Positions 9,411 through 18,657 of a stretch of 54,454 bases of DNA are shown here, one piece after another. The notes below the pieces were generated by a model that searched no databases, was not told the origin of the DNA, and worked only from the letters and a program-made list of their open reading frames with translations. The stretch is from an uncultured Gammaproteobacteria bacterium (GTDB lineage: Bacteria > Patescibacteriota > Microgenomatia > CAYXHB01), in contig CAZLQM010000005.1 of NCBI GenBank assembly GCA_964561945.1, forward strand, positions 1 to 54,454, read 5' to 3'. Both the position numbers and the translations under genes were made by a program. Within the stretch, counting starts at the first letter, position 1; each line of letters opens with the position of its first letter.

Positions 9411-10658
9411 TTATTTTCGATTAATTAAAGTCCTACCACCCATGTAAGGTTGTAGGACTTTGGGAATCGCAACTTCTTGATTTTTAGTTTGGAAATTCTC
9501 TAGGATTGCAACAATTGCTCTGCTTACCGCTATGGCTGTGCCGTTTAAGGTGTGAGTAAATTGATTTTTGCCTTCGTTGTTTTGATACTTAATATTTAGT
9601 CTGCGGGCTTGGAATTCTGTGGTGTTAGAAGTTGAAGTTATCTCTCCCCATTCGCCATTTTCGCCTTTACCTGGCATCCAAGCTTCAAGATCGTATTTTC
9701 GTACCGCTTGAGCACCCAAATCTGCATCGCACATCTCAAGAACACGATATGGAATCTCTAGGCCTTGCCAGATTTTTTCTTCTAGATTGAGGAAATCAGT
9801 ATGCATCTGGTCAGATTGCTGTGGAGTACAAAAAGCATACATCTCAATTTTGGTAAATTGGTGGACTCTATACAAGCCCTTGGAATATTTACCATATGCT
9901 CCTGCCTCTTGTCTGAAGCAGTGAGAAACTCCTACATATTTTTGGGGTAAATCCTTGTAATTGAATACATGATCTGCGTGATATCCCGCTAGGGTTACTT
10001 CTGCCGTGGCAATCAACCCCAGATCTTCGTCTTTGATAACGTATGTTTGGGCTTCTTGGCCTTTGGGCTGATAACCAGTTCCAAGATAAAAACGTGACTT
10101 TGCAAGATCTGGCGTCATCAATGGGGTGAAGCCTTCTTTGATTAATAAATCTAGCGCATAATTAATTAAAGCCAATTCTAGTAGAACGGCTTCATTTTTG
10201 AGATAGTAAAACTGTGATCCTGAGACTTGAGCTCCTGATTCAAAGTCAATCAAATCAAGTTGCTTACTAAGCTCCACATGATCTTTGGGGACAAAATCAA
10301 ATGAGGGCTTTGACCCTACTTGGCGGAGTTCCACGTTGTCTTCTTCTCCTTGACCTTTAGGAGTTAGTTTGTGAACTAGATTGGGGATTTGGAGAAGTAG
10401 TTGCTCGCGCTGTTGTTTATAATCTTTGAGTGTCGGTTCAAGTTCTTGGAGTTTTCGTTTAATCTGTGAGCCTTTATCTTTATCTGCTTTGGTTAGCGTA
10501 TTTCGTTGCGATCTAAGAGTTTCAACAGATTCGAGAGTTTCTCGATATAGACGATCTACTGTCAAAACTTGATTGACTAAATCAGGATCAAATTTTTTGC
10601 GGAGACAGGAATCTTTGACAATCTCTGGTTGGTCTCGAAGTAATTGGATGTCAATCAT
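9411..10658 (-). CDS. serS: Serine--tRNA ligase
   Basis: MIDIQLLR start, LIATAEVT, CFRQEAG, GLYRVHQFTKIE, EITSTSN, HTLNGTAIA. Confidence 0.98.
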   Translation of the reverse strand: MIDIQLLRDQPEIVKDSCLRKKFDPDLVNQVLTVDRLYRETLESVETLRSQRNTLTKADKDKGSQIKRKLQELEPTLKDYKQQREQLLLQIPNLVHKLTPKGQGEEDNVELRQVGSKPSFDFVPKDHVELSKQLDLIDFESGAQVSGSQFYYLKNEAVLLELALINYALDLLIKEGFTPLMTPDLAKSRFYLGTGYQPKGQEAQTYVIKDEDLGLIATAEVTLAGYHADHVFNYKDLPQKYVGVSHCFRQEAGAYGKYSKGLYRVHQFTKIEMYAFCTPQQSDQMHTDFLNLEEKIWQGLEIPYRVLEMCDADLGAQAVRKYDLEAWMPGKGENGEWGEITSTSNTTEFQARRLNIKYQNNEGKNQFTHTLNGTAIAVSRAIVAILENFQTKNQEVAIPKVLQPYMGGRTLINRK

Positions 10659-10672
10659 ACAATGGGGCAATT

Positions 10673-11302
10673 TTACTCTATATTGCCCTCAAGTTCTAGA
10701 TGCTTTACCTCATTGATCTGAACAACAAGAGCGTGACTTTTTTCCCAATTAATAATTGAGTATCCAGCATTGTCAATGTCAAACATCCATATATCACGTA
10801 GAGTTCTCATTAGAAGTTTGACTAGTAGACACCTAATAACTACTCCATGAGTCACCACTATAATCCGACTCTCGGGATCTTGGTCATATTTTTCTTGGCA
10901 AAATGAATAGATTCTATTTGTGGCGCTCTCTAGTGATTCGCTATTGGGAATTTGACTCAGCTCAGGATCTGACTCCCAAATCTGGAGTTGACCTGGATAT
11001 CGAGATTCGATTTGATCAGCAGTTAAACCTTCCCAATCGCCAAAACTAATTTCATTAAGCTGAGGATCAACAATTGGTTCACCTATAAATAAGTTGTGAC
11101 TTATGGCTTGAGCCGTTTGGATGGCTCGTGTTTGTGAGCTGGAGTATACGGCATTGACTTGAGTTAGAGTTTGGGCCAAGTGTCTGGCTAATTTATCAAC
11201 TTGTTTGATGCCTGCTGAAGTAAGAGGACTGTCCTGGGTACCTGAATACAAAAGCTTAACATTGGCATCTGATTCTGCATGCCGAACAAGAATTATTTCC
11301 AT
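10673..11302 (-). CDS. Histidine phosphatase / phosphoglycerate mutase family protein
   Basis: LVRHAES, SSSQTRAIQTA, LNEISFGDWEG, VTHG; start taken at MEII. Confidence 0.92.
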   Translation of the reverse strand: MEIILVRHAESDANVKLLYSGTQDSPLTSAGIKQVDKLARHLAQTLTQVNAVYSSSQTRAIQTAQAISHNLFIGEPIVDPQLNEISFGDWEGLTADQIESRYPGQLQIWESDPELSQIPNSESLESATNRIYSFCQEKYDQDPESRIIVVTHGVVIRCLLVKLLMRTLRDIWMFDIDNAGYSIINWEKSHALVVQINEVKHLELEGNIE

Positions 11303-11342
11303 AACAAAAGATCGCCTTAAGATTGTACAAGGATAAATGTCA

Positions 11343-12143
11343 TTACTCAACTTTTTTATCTATCTCATAAACCATAATCATTCCTAGCAAAATGACTTGG
11401 GCGATGTAGTAAAGCCAATATAAATAAACAATGATGGTGCCTGCAGTTCCAAAAAGTTCGGGAAATTTATACAAATGTATAAGCGAGTCAATTAAAATTC
11501 TAGCAAAAATTAAAAGTAAACTGGTGTATAAGCTACCGATTAAACTAGATTTAAAGGCAATTGGTTTGGGAAATACCGTTAGATATAACCATGTTAAACA
11601 AAACCAAAGGAGAATGATTCCACTGATAAGTTTGGTGAATATAATGATTAATTGAGAGACACCTGCTGGTAATAATATGTAGTTAAACCAAACTAGTATG
11701 GCATCTATATTTAATAAAGTTAGGAATAATCCAAGTAAAATCACGATTAAAAATGCATGGATTTGTTTGGTGAAAGTTGGTTTGGAAAAAGTAGTATGAG
11801 TAACCTGTAGAAAGGACAATTGTAAATTGCGGGTCCAAGAAAATACCGAGTAGATTATTATCGCCAAACTAAGCAAACCGATACCTTGGTTTTCAATTAA
11901 ATTGTAGGCGGTGGTCACGGCAAGCTCTACAGTCTGGAAAGCAACAGGATCAATGGTATGGCGGAGCGAAGTAGCTAGTTGCGAGGTGATTTCATCTGGA
12001 CCAAGAATTTGACTGATAATAATGAGCGAAAGTACAAATAAAGAAACTAATGCAAATAAAGAGTAGTATGCAATACTAGCTGCTATAAATGAACCTTGTC
12101 TGTGGCGATAAATTTGGATTGATTTGGTGATTATTTTGAACAT
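11343..12143 (-). CDS. YihY/virulence factor BrkB family membrane protein
   Basis: AASIAYYSLFAL, FGTAGTIIVYLYWLYYIAQVILLG; multiple TM helices. Confidence 0.88.
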   Translation of the reverse strand: MFKIITKSIQIYRHRQGSFIAASIAYYSLFALVSLFVLSLIIISQILGPDEITSQLATSLRHTIDPVAFQTVELAVTTAYNLIENQGIGLLSLAIIIYSVFSWTRNLQLSFLQVTHTTFSKPTFTKQIHAFLIVILLGLFLTLLNIDAILVWFNYILLPAGVSQLIIIFTKLISGIILLWFCLTWLYLTVFPKPIAFKSSLIGSLYTSLLLIFARILIDSLIHLYKFPELFGTAGTIIVYLYWLYYIAQVILLGMIMVYEIDKKVE

Positions 12144-12451
12144 TATTTAGCCAATTGAAATATATAGCGAATGATTTTTTCCCAAAGGGGAGTCTGCTGT
12201 TTGAATTTGGATCGGGGTGATGCCCAACAGGTGAGAATTATTTTTTGATTTTGGTCAATTTTGACAATTACTTCAATTAATTTAGTTGTGGTCACTTGAC
12301 GGTATTTGATGGACCGAGAGGCGGTTCCCTGAGTTGAAGTAGTGGGGTTGTTGATAGCAGAAAACACCTCTGATTGGGTCAAGTTGCGATCTTTGAGGCG
12401 AGTCAAGGCATGTTTGGTCCAGACGTAATCTCCATATTTAGGGTTAGCCAT
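12143..12451 (-). CDS. DUF4258-like small protein
   Basis: WTKHALTRLKDRNLT pattern, IILTCW. Confidence 0.65.
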   Translation of the reverse strand: MANPKYGDYVWTKHALTRLKDRNLTQSEVFSAINNPTTSTQGTASRSIKYRQVTTTKLIEVIVKIDQNQKIILTCWASPRSKFKQQTPLWEKIIRYIFQLAK

Positions 12452-12487
12452 AACAAGTTTAATTATGACAGTAAATGCAAATTTTGG

Positions 12488-13213
12488 TTAATTAGAAGAA
12501 GGAGTTGCCTCAACAGCTGAATCAGAAGAAGGTGTAATTGGCAAAGTATCAGGATTAATTTGGTTCATAGCTTGCTTAATCCCATCCTGTAAAGATTGAA
12601 GTCGGGTTTGGTTGTTATTAGATGGGAGCAGTTTGCCGTTGATAAAGAAACTTGGAGTATAGCTGACACCAATTTGCATTGCTGTATCTGAGTCGTTTTT
12701 TACGATATTAGCAATTTCATCACTTTTGCGATCTTGGTCAAATTGATCCATGTTTAGATCAATACTAATAGCTATCTCTCGAAGTAAAGCATCACCCTCT
12801 TTTTCGAGTCTATCTTGGTTAGCAAAAATCCCATCGAGCATCTGATTAAATTTGCCTTGTTTACCGGCGGCTTCGACTGCACGTGAGGCGGGAATTGATT
12901 GATTGTGGATAGGAAGAGGAAAGTGTCGATAAACTAGCTTTACAAGCCCTTGATATTGATCAAGTATAGATGTGGCATCTTGGGCTGCGTCTTTGCACGC
13001 TGGGCATTGAGGATCAGAAAATTCGACAATCGTGATAGGTGCTTGCTGGGAACCTCTGGTGTTATATGTTCGATCACTAATTAAAACTTCTGGGGCAATC
13101 GACTGATCAGGGCTAACACGTGGAGTCTGAGATGTGGCCCAGACAACTGCTCCGACTAAAATCCCTATGGTTACAATTATTGTGATTACAATAAATTTCT
13201 TATCCGCGTCCAT
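12488..13213 (-). CDS. DsbA-family thioredoxin-fold oxidoreductase, membrane-anchored
   Basis: EFSDPQCPAC, YRHFPL, GVSYTPSFFING. Confidence 0.93.
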   Translation of the reverse strand: MDADKKFIVITIIVTIGILVGAVVWATSQTPRVSPDQSIAPEVLISDRTYNTRGSQQAPITIVEFSDPQCPACKDAAQDATSILDQYQGLVKLVYRHFPLPIHNQSIPASRAVEAAGKQGKFNQMLDGIFANQDRLEKEGDALLREIAISIDLNMDQFDQDRKSDEIANIVKNDSDTAMQIGVSYTPSFFINGKLLPSNNNQTRLQSLQDGIKQAMNQINPDTLPITPSSDSAVEATPSSN

Positions 13214-13272
13214 GTTGAGCAATTTTAGGAGATTATATTGTATTTGGATAGAGTTAATTTATAATGTAAATT

Positions 13273-13422
13273 ATGATTGTAGGAATTATCTTGATTTTGA
13301 TTGGTGGATTATTGTTATTAGAGAAATTAGGTTTACTACAAAATACGTTTGAGTATCTATGGCCAATCTTAATGATGATCATCGGATTGTTCTTGGTATG
13401 GAGATCCCGAAAATCTAAGTAA
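13273..13422 (+). CDS. Small two-TM protein (LiaF/DUF5668-like), not in ORF track
   Basis: MIVGIILILIGGLLLLEKLGLLQNTFEYLWPILMMIIGLFLVWRSRKSK; TATAAT 7 nt upstream of ATG. Confidence 0.8.
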   Translation: MIVGIILILIGGLLLLEKLGLLQNTFEYLWPILMMIIGLFLVWRSRKSK

Positions 13423-13450
13423 GTATAGTTTGAAGAAAAAAAGAATAAAT

Positions 13451-14779
13451 TTAGAAAGGTTTGTTGTCGTGCCACAGAGTGCCTGCATAAACTGCTTTGT
13501 CTCCTAGTGATTCCTCGATACGGAGAAGCTGATTGTATTTGGCAATTCTATCTGTACGGCTGGCTGAGCCGGTTTTGATCTGACCTGTCCCAAGACCTAC
13601 CACTAAGTCAGAAATGAAAGTGTCTTCAGTTTCACCAGAACGGTGTGAAACCATTGCATTCATGTGGTTGGTCTGAGCAAGTTTGATAGCGTTGATGGCT
13701 TCGGTGAGTGTCCCAATTTGGTTAACTTTGACTAGTATGGCAGTAGTAGCCTGAGTGTCAATTGCTTTTTGGAGACGTTCCACATTAGTAACAAGAAAAT
13801 CATCCCCAACGGTTTGGGCGTTGTTTTTGATTTTTTCGGTTAACAAAGTCCAGCCTTCCCATGCATCTTGATCTAGACCATCTTCTAATGACACAATCGG
13901 AAATTGATTTATGAGGTCTACCCAGTATTCGATCATTTGGTCTTGTGTTAGTTGTCTGTTTTCGCGTGCGAGGTTGTATGTCATTGAATCTGATGAATAA
14001 AGTTCCGATACAGCGGGGTCAAGAGCTATAGCAATTTGGCTACCTGGCTGATATCCTGCTGACTGAATCGCTTGCATGAGAAATTCTAAAGGCTCATCAT
14101 TACGAGAAAATGCAGGAGCAAAACCACCCTCGTCTCCAACAAGTGTTGGTAGGCCTGCATCATGAAGAATTTTCTTAAGGTGATGGAAAACTGTAACTCC
14201 TGCTTGGAGCCCTAAAGAAAAAGTTGGGAAGCCATGAGGCACAATCATAAATTCTTGGAAGTCCACTCCCCCGATAGCATGTTTGCCACCGTTGATTACA
14301 TTCATGAAAGGAACTGGCAAAATATATTTGCCTTGATTGGCAAAAGATTGGGCTGGAGAATTAGGATCGATGAAATAATTGAGGTATTGGAATAAAGCTA
14401 GGTTTTGCAATTGGGCGGCACCTCTGGCGGTAGCAAGAGAAACAGCTAGGATAGCGTTAGCTCCCAGTGATGATTTGTTGGCAGTGGCGTCTAAATCTAT
14501 CATCAATTGGTCAATCAAGCCCTGATTTTCTACTTCTTGTCCAATTAAAACGGGTGAAATTTTTTGGTTAACATTATCAACGGCTTTAAGTACACCTTTA
14601 CCAAGAAAGATGGATTTATCTTCGTCGCGCAGTTCCCAAGCTTCGTGGATACCAGTTGAAGCTCCACTAGGAACCGCAGCTCTGCCCATGATGCCATTCT
14701 CGAGGATGACATCTGCTTCAACTGTAGGCAGACCACGTGAGTCGAGAATTTGGCGGGCATGAACTGATTGAATTTTCAT
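13451..14779 (-). CDS. eno: Enolase (phosphopyruvate hydratase)
   Basis: DSRGLPTVE, VPSGASTG, DFQEFMI, VGDEGGFAP, SHRSGETED, QIKTGS, KYNQLLRIEE. Confidence 0.99.
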   Translation of the reverse strand: MKIQSVHARQILDSRGLPTVEADVILENGIMGRAAVPSGASTGIHEAWELRDEDKSIFLGKGVLKAVDNVNQKISPVLIGQEVENQGLIDQLMIDLDATANKSSLGANAILAVSLATARGAAQLQNLALFQYLNYFIDPNSPAQSFANQGKYILPVPFMNVINGGKHAIGGVDFQEFMIVPHGFPTFSLGLQAGVTVFHHLKKILHDAGLPTLVGDEGGFAPAFSRNDEPLEFLMQAIQSAGYQPGSQIAIALDPAVSELYSSDSMTYNLARENRQLTQDQMIEYWVDLINQFPIVSLEDGLDQDAWEGWTLLTEKIKNNAQTVGDDFLVTNVERLQKAIDTQATTAILVKVNQIGTLTEAINAIKLAQTNHMNAMVSHRSGETEDTFISDLVVGLGTGQIKTGSASRTDRIAKYNQLLRIEESLGDKAVYAGTLWHDNKPF

Positions 14780-14782
14780 AGT

Positions 14783-16699
14783 TTATTTTTTGCGTTTATT
14801 AAGACGATGTTTATTTTTGGAGATATTTACTTCATTACGAGCAATATCATGAGAAATACTGACCAACCTGTCTGGTGTAACAATAATTCCTGTGACGCCC
14901 CATTTGATTATTTTTTGGACTATATCAGGGTCATAAATAACTGTATCACCTTGAATATAACAGTCAAGTCGTAAGTTATTTACAGTACTAGTAACTAACT
15001 GTTCAATGATTCCCAAAATATGGGGATCGTGAATATCCCCTCGATCAGAGTCTCCACTTAAGGCAGAAATTAATCGGTCTATATTAATAACAATTCCGTC
15101 TAAACCATCTGAGGCGAATTCAGATAAATGCCAAACAACTGAGGGCGCAGTAACGTGTAAGTAAAATTTGAAACTGGCTGAGCGTTTGAGTCCGTAGTAG
15201 TAAAGTTGCTTTTTAGTAGTTTTGAACTGCTCGAGAGTTGCAAGTGGCGGGATGACTAAATGTAAATTGGAAACGTGCTTACGGGCCGCCCTAATGGCAT
15301 ATAGCTCCGCATCTACATATTCATTGGAAAAGATTGTCGGTTCAATTAATAACGGACTTTCTTGCATTAGAGATTGGGTCACAAGAAGCTCTGATAATCT
15401 TGAAGATATATTCTTGATATTATTTGAACGGGCTTGAGAATCTGTTAATCCCATTAGAGATGACCAAACAGAAGATAGAGGCATATAAATACCTGAGGAG
15501 TCAGGTTCTAGGACAAGGTTATTGGCTTGGAGGAGGATCTGAGCTTTGGTTTTGGCGATTTGGGTTGTATCTGGCAAATCGTATTGGGGAAGAGTTAGAG
15601 TTCCTAAGTGTCCATCGATAACGACCGTTTGACCTTCAATAAGATATGTAAAAGAATTAAAATCGGAAACTGAGATCATAGGAATACGATGATAACGTGC
15701 AAAAATTGCAATTTCTTGGTTGTAATGAGTATCTTGGGTAATCAGTCCTCGAGGCAGGTTGGTAATCTGAGAAGGGGTGATGGAATGGGCTGCGACAATG
15801 GATTGCTCAAGGGATGAATCAACTTGTGAATTGGCAGATAAATAATGTAACGGTCCACTAACAGCACCTTGGCTTAACGACAAGCCTCGGGCAAGGGGTT
15901 TAGTGACTTTTTTTTTATCATATAATTGCTCTAAGGCTAGCATGTCATGGAAATTGGCTTGCTCAAGACTTTGGATGGAAATGTTATCAGGTGACGCAAC
16001 GAAGTGTAGGAAGTTAAACTCATGAGCATATTTGTTTACATTTGTAACAAGATTGATTAATTCTTTTTCGAAATCGGGAGAAAGAGGATCTTGATCAGGT
16101 GATTGTTTTGTGACTAGACGCGAACCTTGTACTTGAGAAAAATATTGTGATTCACGATATTCCCGGGAGATAACTTGGTGAGTTTCTAAGTTGACAAGGA
16201 GATTATCAGCTGAGGCGATTTCGGTGGGGTGCCAGAATCCACGATTAATCCAGACTTTGGCGTGACGGGTGCCTGTGGCACTTTGTTGGTATAACGCAAT
16301 ACCAGAATACTTAAGATCAGGAACAAGTTGAACCAAGATTGATGCTCCTGCATGGATGTCCCATAATCGATAAAGCGAATCAATTAAAGTAGATTCACTA
16401 TCTGCTAGATCATAAGTCGGAATTGATAAATCGTGAGCTTGGTTAAGGCTGGTTAATAATAATGACTGATTAAGCTGAGGAGAGATCTGACTATATGATT
16501 GGATGATTTGGGTGATGCGATCATCAGATAATTGATTTGCTTCTTGATAATAATATGCAAATTGAGGTGGAATAACAAAACCCGTAAGAACAGGCAGTTG
16601 CAGATGCATAAGTCTGTTAAGGCTAACGGCAGATTGGCCAACTAGAGCGATGTGGTTTTGAGTAAGTTTAGAAATAGGCAGTGTTGTGTTTGAATTCAT
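14783..16699 (-). CDS. Degenerate PEP synthase/PPDK-like (PEP-utilising) protein
   Basis: LPVLTGFVI, ARGLSLSQGAVSG, AIFARYHRIP, GQTVVIDGHLG, GLDGIVI..D, WGVTGI; phospho-His motif altered. Confidence 0.72.
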   Translation of the reverse strand: MNSNTTLPISKLTQNHIALVGQSAVSLNRLMHLQLPVLTGFVIPPQFAYYYQEANQLSDDRITQIIQSYSQISPQLNQSLLLTSLNQAHDLSIPTYDLADSESTLIDSLYRLWDIHAGASILVQLVPDLKYSGIALYQQSATGTRHAKVWINRGFWHPTEIASADNLLVNLETHQVISREYRESQYFSQVQGSRLVTKQSPDQDPLSPDFEKELINLVTNVNKYAHEFNFLHFVASPDNISIQSLEQANFHDMLALEQLYDKKKVTKPLARGLSLSQGAVSGPLHYLSANSQVDSSLEQSIVAAHSITPSQITNLPRGLITQDTHYNQEIAIFARYHRIPMISVSDFNSFTYLIEGQTVVIDGHLGTLTLPQYDLPDTTQIAKTKAQILLQANNLVLEPDSSGIYMPLSSVWSSLMGLTDSQARSNNIKNISSRLSELLVTQSLMQESPLLIEPTIFSNEYVDAELYAIRAARKHVSNLHLVIPPLATLEQFKTTKKQLYYYGLKRSASFKFYLHVTAPSVVWHLSEFASDGLDGIVINIDRLISALSGDSDRGDIHDPHILGIIEQLVTSTVNNLRLDCYIQGDTVIYDPDIVQKIIKWGVTGIIVTPDRLVSISHDIARNEVNISKNKHRLNKRKK

Positions 16700-16718
16700 G
16701 AGTATTGAATCTCCTTAT

Positions 16719-16970
16719 TTAATAGTAGATTAGGAAGCTCAGCGGTGCAAGGGCGATTAGGGCAATTAAGAAATATTCAATGGCAACTCGTTTGAGGAAA
16801 ACAGGACTTGAACTATAGTGATCAAATATTCCCCAAGCTGTGTATGCAAATGCAAAAATAGTTAGTAAGGAAAGCTTGGCGGTTGGAGTATGCGCAAAAT
16901 TGATCATTACTGGAATAATGGTACAAAGTAGGAGTATGGAAAAGATGGTGGGTAGAAAATTTTTTTTCAT
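16719..16970 (-). CDS. Small three-TM membrane protein
   Basis: Hydrophobic, YTAWGIFDH...EYFLIA; ATGA-coupled to the upstream CAP gene. Confidence 0.7.
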   Translation of the reverse strand: MKKNFLPTIFSILLLCTIIPVMINFAHTPTAKLSLLTIFAFAYTAWGIFDHYSSSPVFLKRVAIEYFLIALIALAPLSFLIYY

Positions 16971-17812
16971 TTGGTTAATAGATAGCCAATGGCTGAACAA
17001 GAAATGAGAAATGTCATGTGCGCCCAGTATTTTGCACTTATACGAGGGATTTTTTTGTGGTGTTTAAGCAAAATAATATCAAGAGTGAGAATCAGCATAA
17101 GGGCGCCAATAGAAATAAAAGCAATCATTTGGGTGGAAAAAAATGAAAGATTGTGACTACCTTCAATTTGATTGGAAAGACTACCTGCGAGTTTAAAGAC
17201 TTCACTCTGGTCAACGGGATCCTGGCCAACAGTACTAATGCTACCTATTGGAGCGGGTGAGGCGAAAAACTGGACGATCAAGATAGTTGGTTTACCATCA
17301 ATCTGTCCTTCTCCGATCGCAACTCCAATGTCCGTGTATTCTGGCTTGAGAATATTTGCTTTATGTCCTTCGGATGCCATCCAAGCAGCGACCAAGTTCT
17401 CTGATGTAGTGAAATCTCGGCCTAAATTTTCACCAGCAAACTGATATGAATAACCGCTATCGAGAATGAATTTCCAAGGCGCTCTTTGGGAAGGAGAGTA
17501 ATGATTCCAGTAGTTAAACTCAAACATATCATTGAGTTTGAGTTGCGCAGCTTGAGACAGTTCTTGATTCATAGTTAGCGGAGCAAGTCCGATTGAAATT
17601 CGCTCTTGATTGGTGAGTTCGATAATCTTAATTGGAGTTAAGTCAGTACTTGCTCCTAAAACCTGTGTGGGGGATGGGCGAAAAATAAAGGATATAAATT
17701 GAAGTGCTATGACAGAAACCAATATTAAGGTCAAACTGAAATTGTGAAGAAGTTTTGCCTTGTAGTTGTTGGCTCGATTTGGTACAAATAAATTGGCTAG
17801 TTTTAATGGCAT
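16967..17812 (-). CDS. CAP/SCP domain membrane protein
   Basis: LTNQER, LSQAAQLK, YWNHYSP, AGENLG, WMASEGHKANIL. Confidence 0.92.
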   Translation of the reverse strand: MPLKLANLFVPNRANNYKAKLLHNFSLTLILVSVIALQFISFIFRPSPTQVLGASTDLTPIKIIELTNQERISIGLAPLTMNQELSQAAQLKLNDMFEFNYWNHYSPSQRAPWKFILDSGYSYQFAGENLGRDFTTSENLVAAWMASEGHKANILKPEYTDIGVAIGEGQIDGKPTILIVQFFASPAPIGSISTVGQDPVDQSEVFKLAGSLSNQIEGSHNLSFFSTQMIAFISIGALMLILTLDIILLKHHKKIPRISAKYWAHMTFLISCSAIGYLLTK

Positions 17813-17846
17813 ATATTAACTATAACTTAAGGTTAGCCTCCCGCCT

Positions 17847-18356
17847 ATGTTTGATAAACTGCTTTTGACTCTAATGTTACTACTCTTGCCAGTGAGTGCT
17901 CTATTGACTCGTTATTATTTGCAAAAAAGTGCTAATCCTACTGTGACTATTGAGTCGCTGGAAAAAGTTGATACTATGCTAAGCCAACTACAGGAATCAA
18001 TTAATAAAAAAGAAAGTTCTATCAAAGATCCTGAGCTTCTCGTGACGACTGTTTTCTATGCTACTGAGTCAGGAGTTTTGACAGTTTCTGGTGTAGCACC
18101 CAAGGGGAATCTGAGTGTGAGAGTTTCGACAATTGAAGTCGGAAGCAAAACAAATAAAAAAGATGCTAGCGAAAGTGCTGTTTTAGGAGAAGCAATTACT
18201 GAACGAGCAATTAATACCAGTCAGGATGGAGTATTTAGTTACGAATATGAAGTTGATAATAACAAACTTGATTCTGTTGAAATGAGATTCGAGCAGGGTC
18301 AGGCGAGTAAAACCGTAGTTTATAATTTTGGAAAGAAGACGTTTGAGCAGATATAG
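17847..18356 (+). CDS. Hypothetical membrane-anchored protein with beta-rich C-terminal domain
   Basis: 169-aa ORF with N-terminal hydrophobic helix. Confidence 0.7.
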   Translation: MFDKLLLTLMLLLLPVSALLTRYYLQKSANPTVTIESLEKVDTMLSQLQESINKKESSIKDPELLVTTVFYATESGVLTVSGVAPKGNLSVRVSTIEVGSKTNKKDASESAVLGEAITERAINTSQDGVFSYEYEVDNNKLDSVEMRFEQGQASKTVVYNFGKKTFEQI

Positions 18357-18373
18357 AATGTATTTCAAATAAA

Positions 18374-18631
18374 ATGAAATTGTTTGTAGATTTTAAAAAA
18401 CAATATGCAAGAAATCCGATATTGATAACTGTATTGTTGATGACCAGTTTGACTTCGATTGCACTATTATTTTGGCTTTATGGGAATCCAGTTATATATT
18501 TTATATTTGAGGGAGGAAAACTAGCAGTAAACAAATTATTATACCTAGTGAATTACCTAAAACTAATATTTGGGATTGGAATACTCTCAGTATATTGTTT
18601 GATTACTGGGCAAGATTGTTCAATCAATTAA
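18374..18631 (+). CDS. Hypothetical small membrane protein
   Basis: 85 aa, two hydrophobic segments. Confidence 0.55.
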   Translation: MKLFVDFKKQYARNPILITVLLMTSLTSIALLFWLYGNPVIYFIFEGGKLAVNKLLYLVNYLKLIFGIGILSVYCLITGQDCSIN

Positions 18632-18657
18632 CGGCATAGAGCAATATTTGTAACAGA

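Noticed and set aside
12143-12451. DUF4258 gene as the toxin of a toxin-antitoxin pair
   Set aside because: No adjacent antitoxin-like ORF; it sits in an apparent housekeeping run with yihY and serS.
13134-13475. Track ORFs 13134..13352 and 13254..13475
   Set aside because: They overlap dsbA or eno; the 49-aa ORF at 13273-13422 explains the region better.
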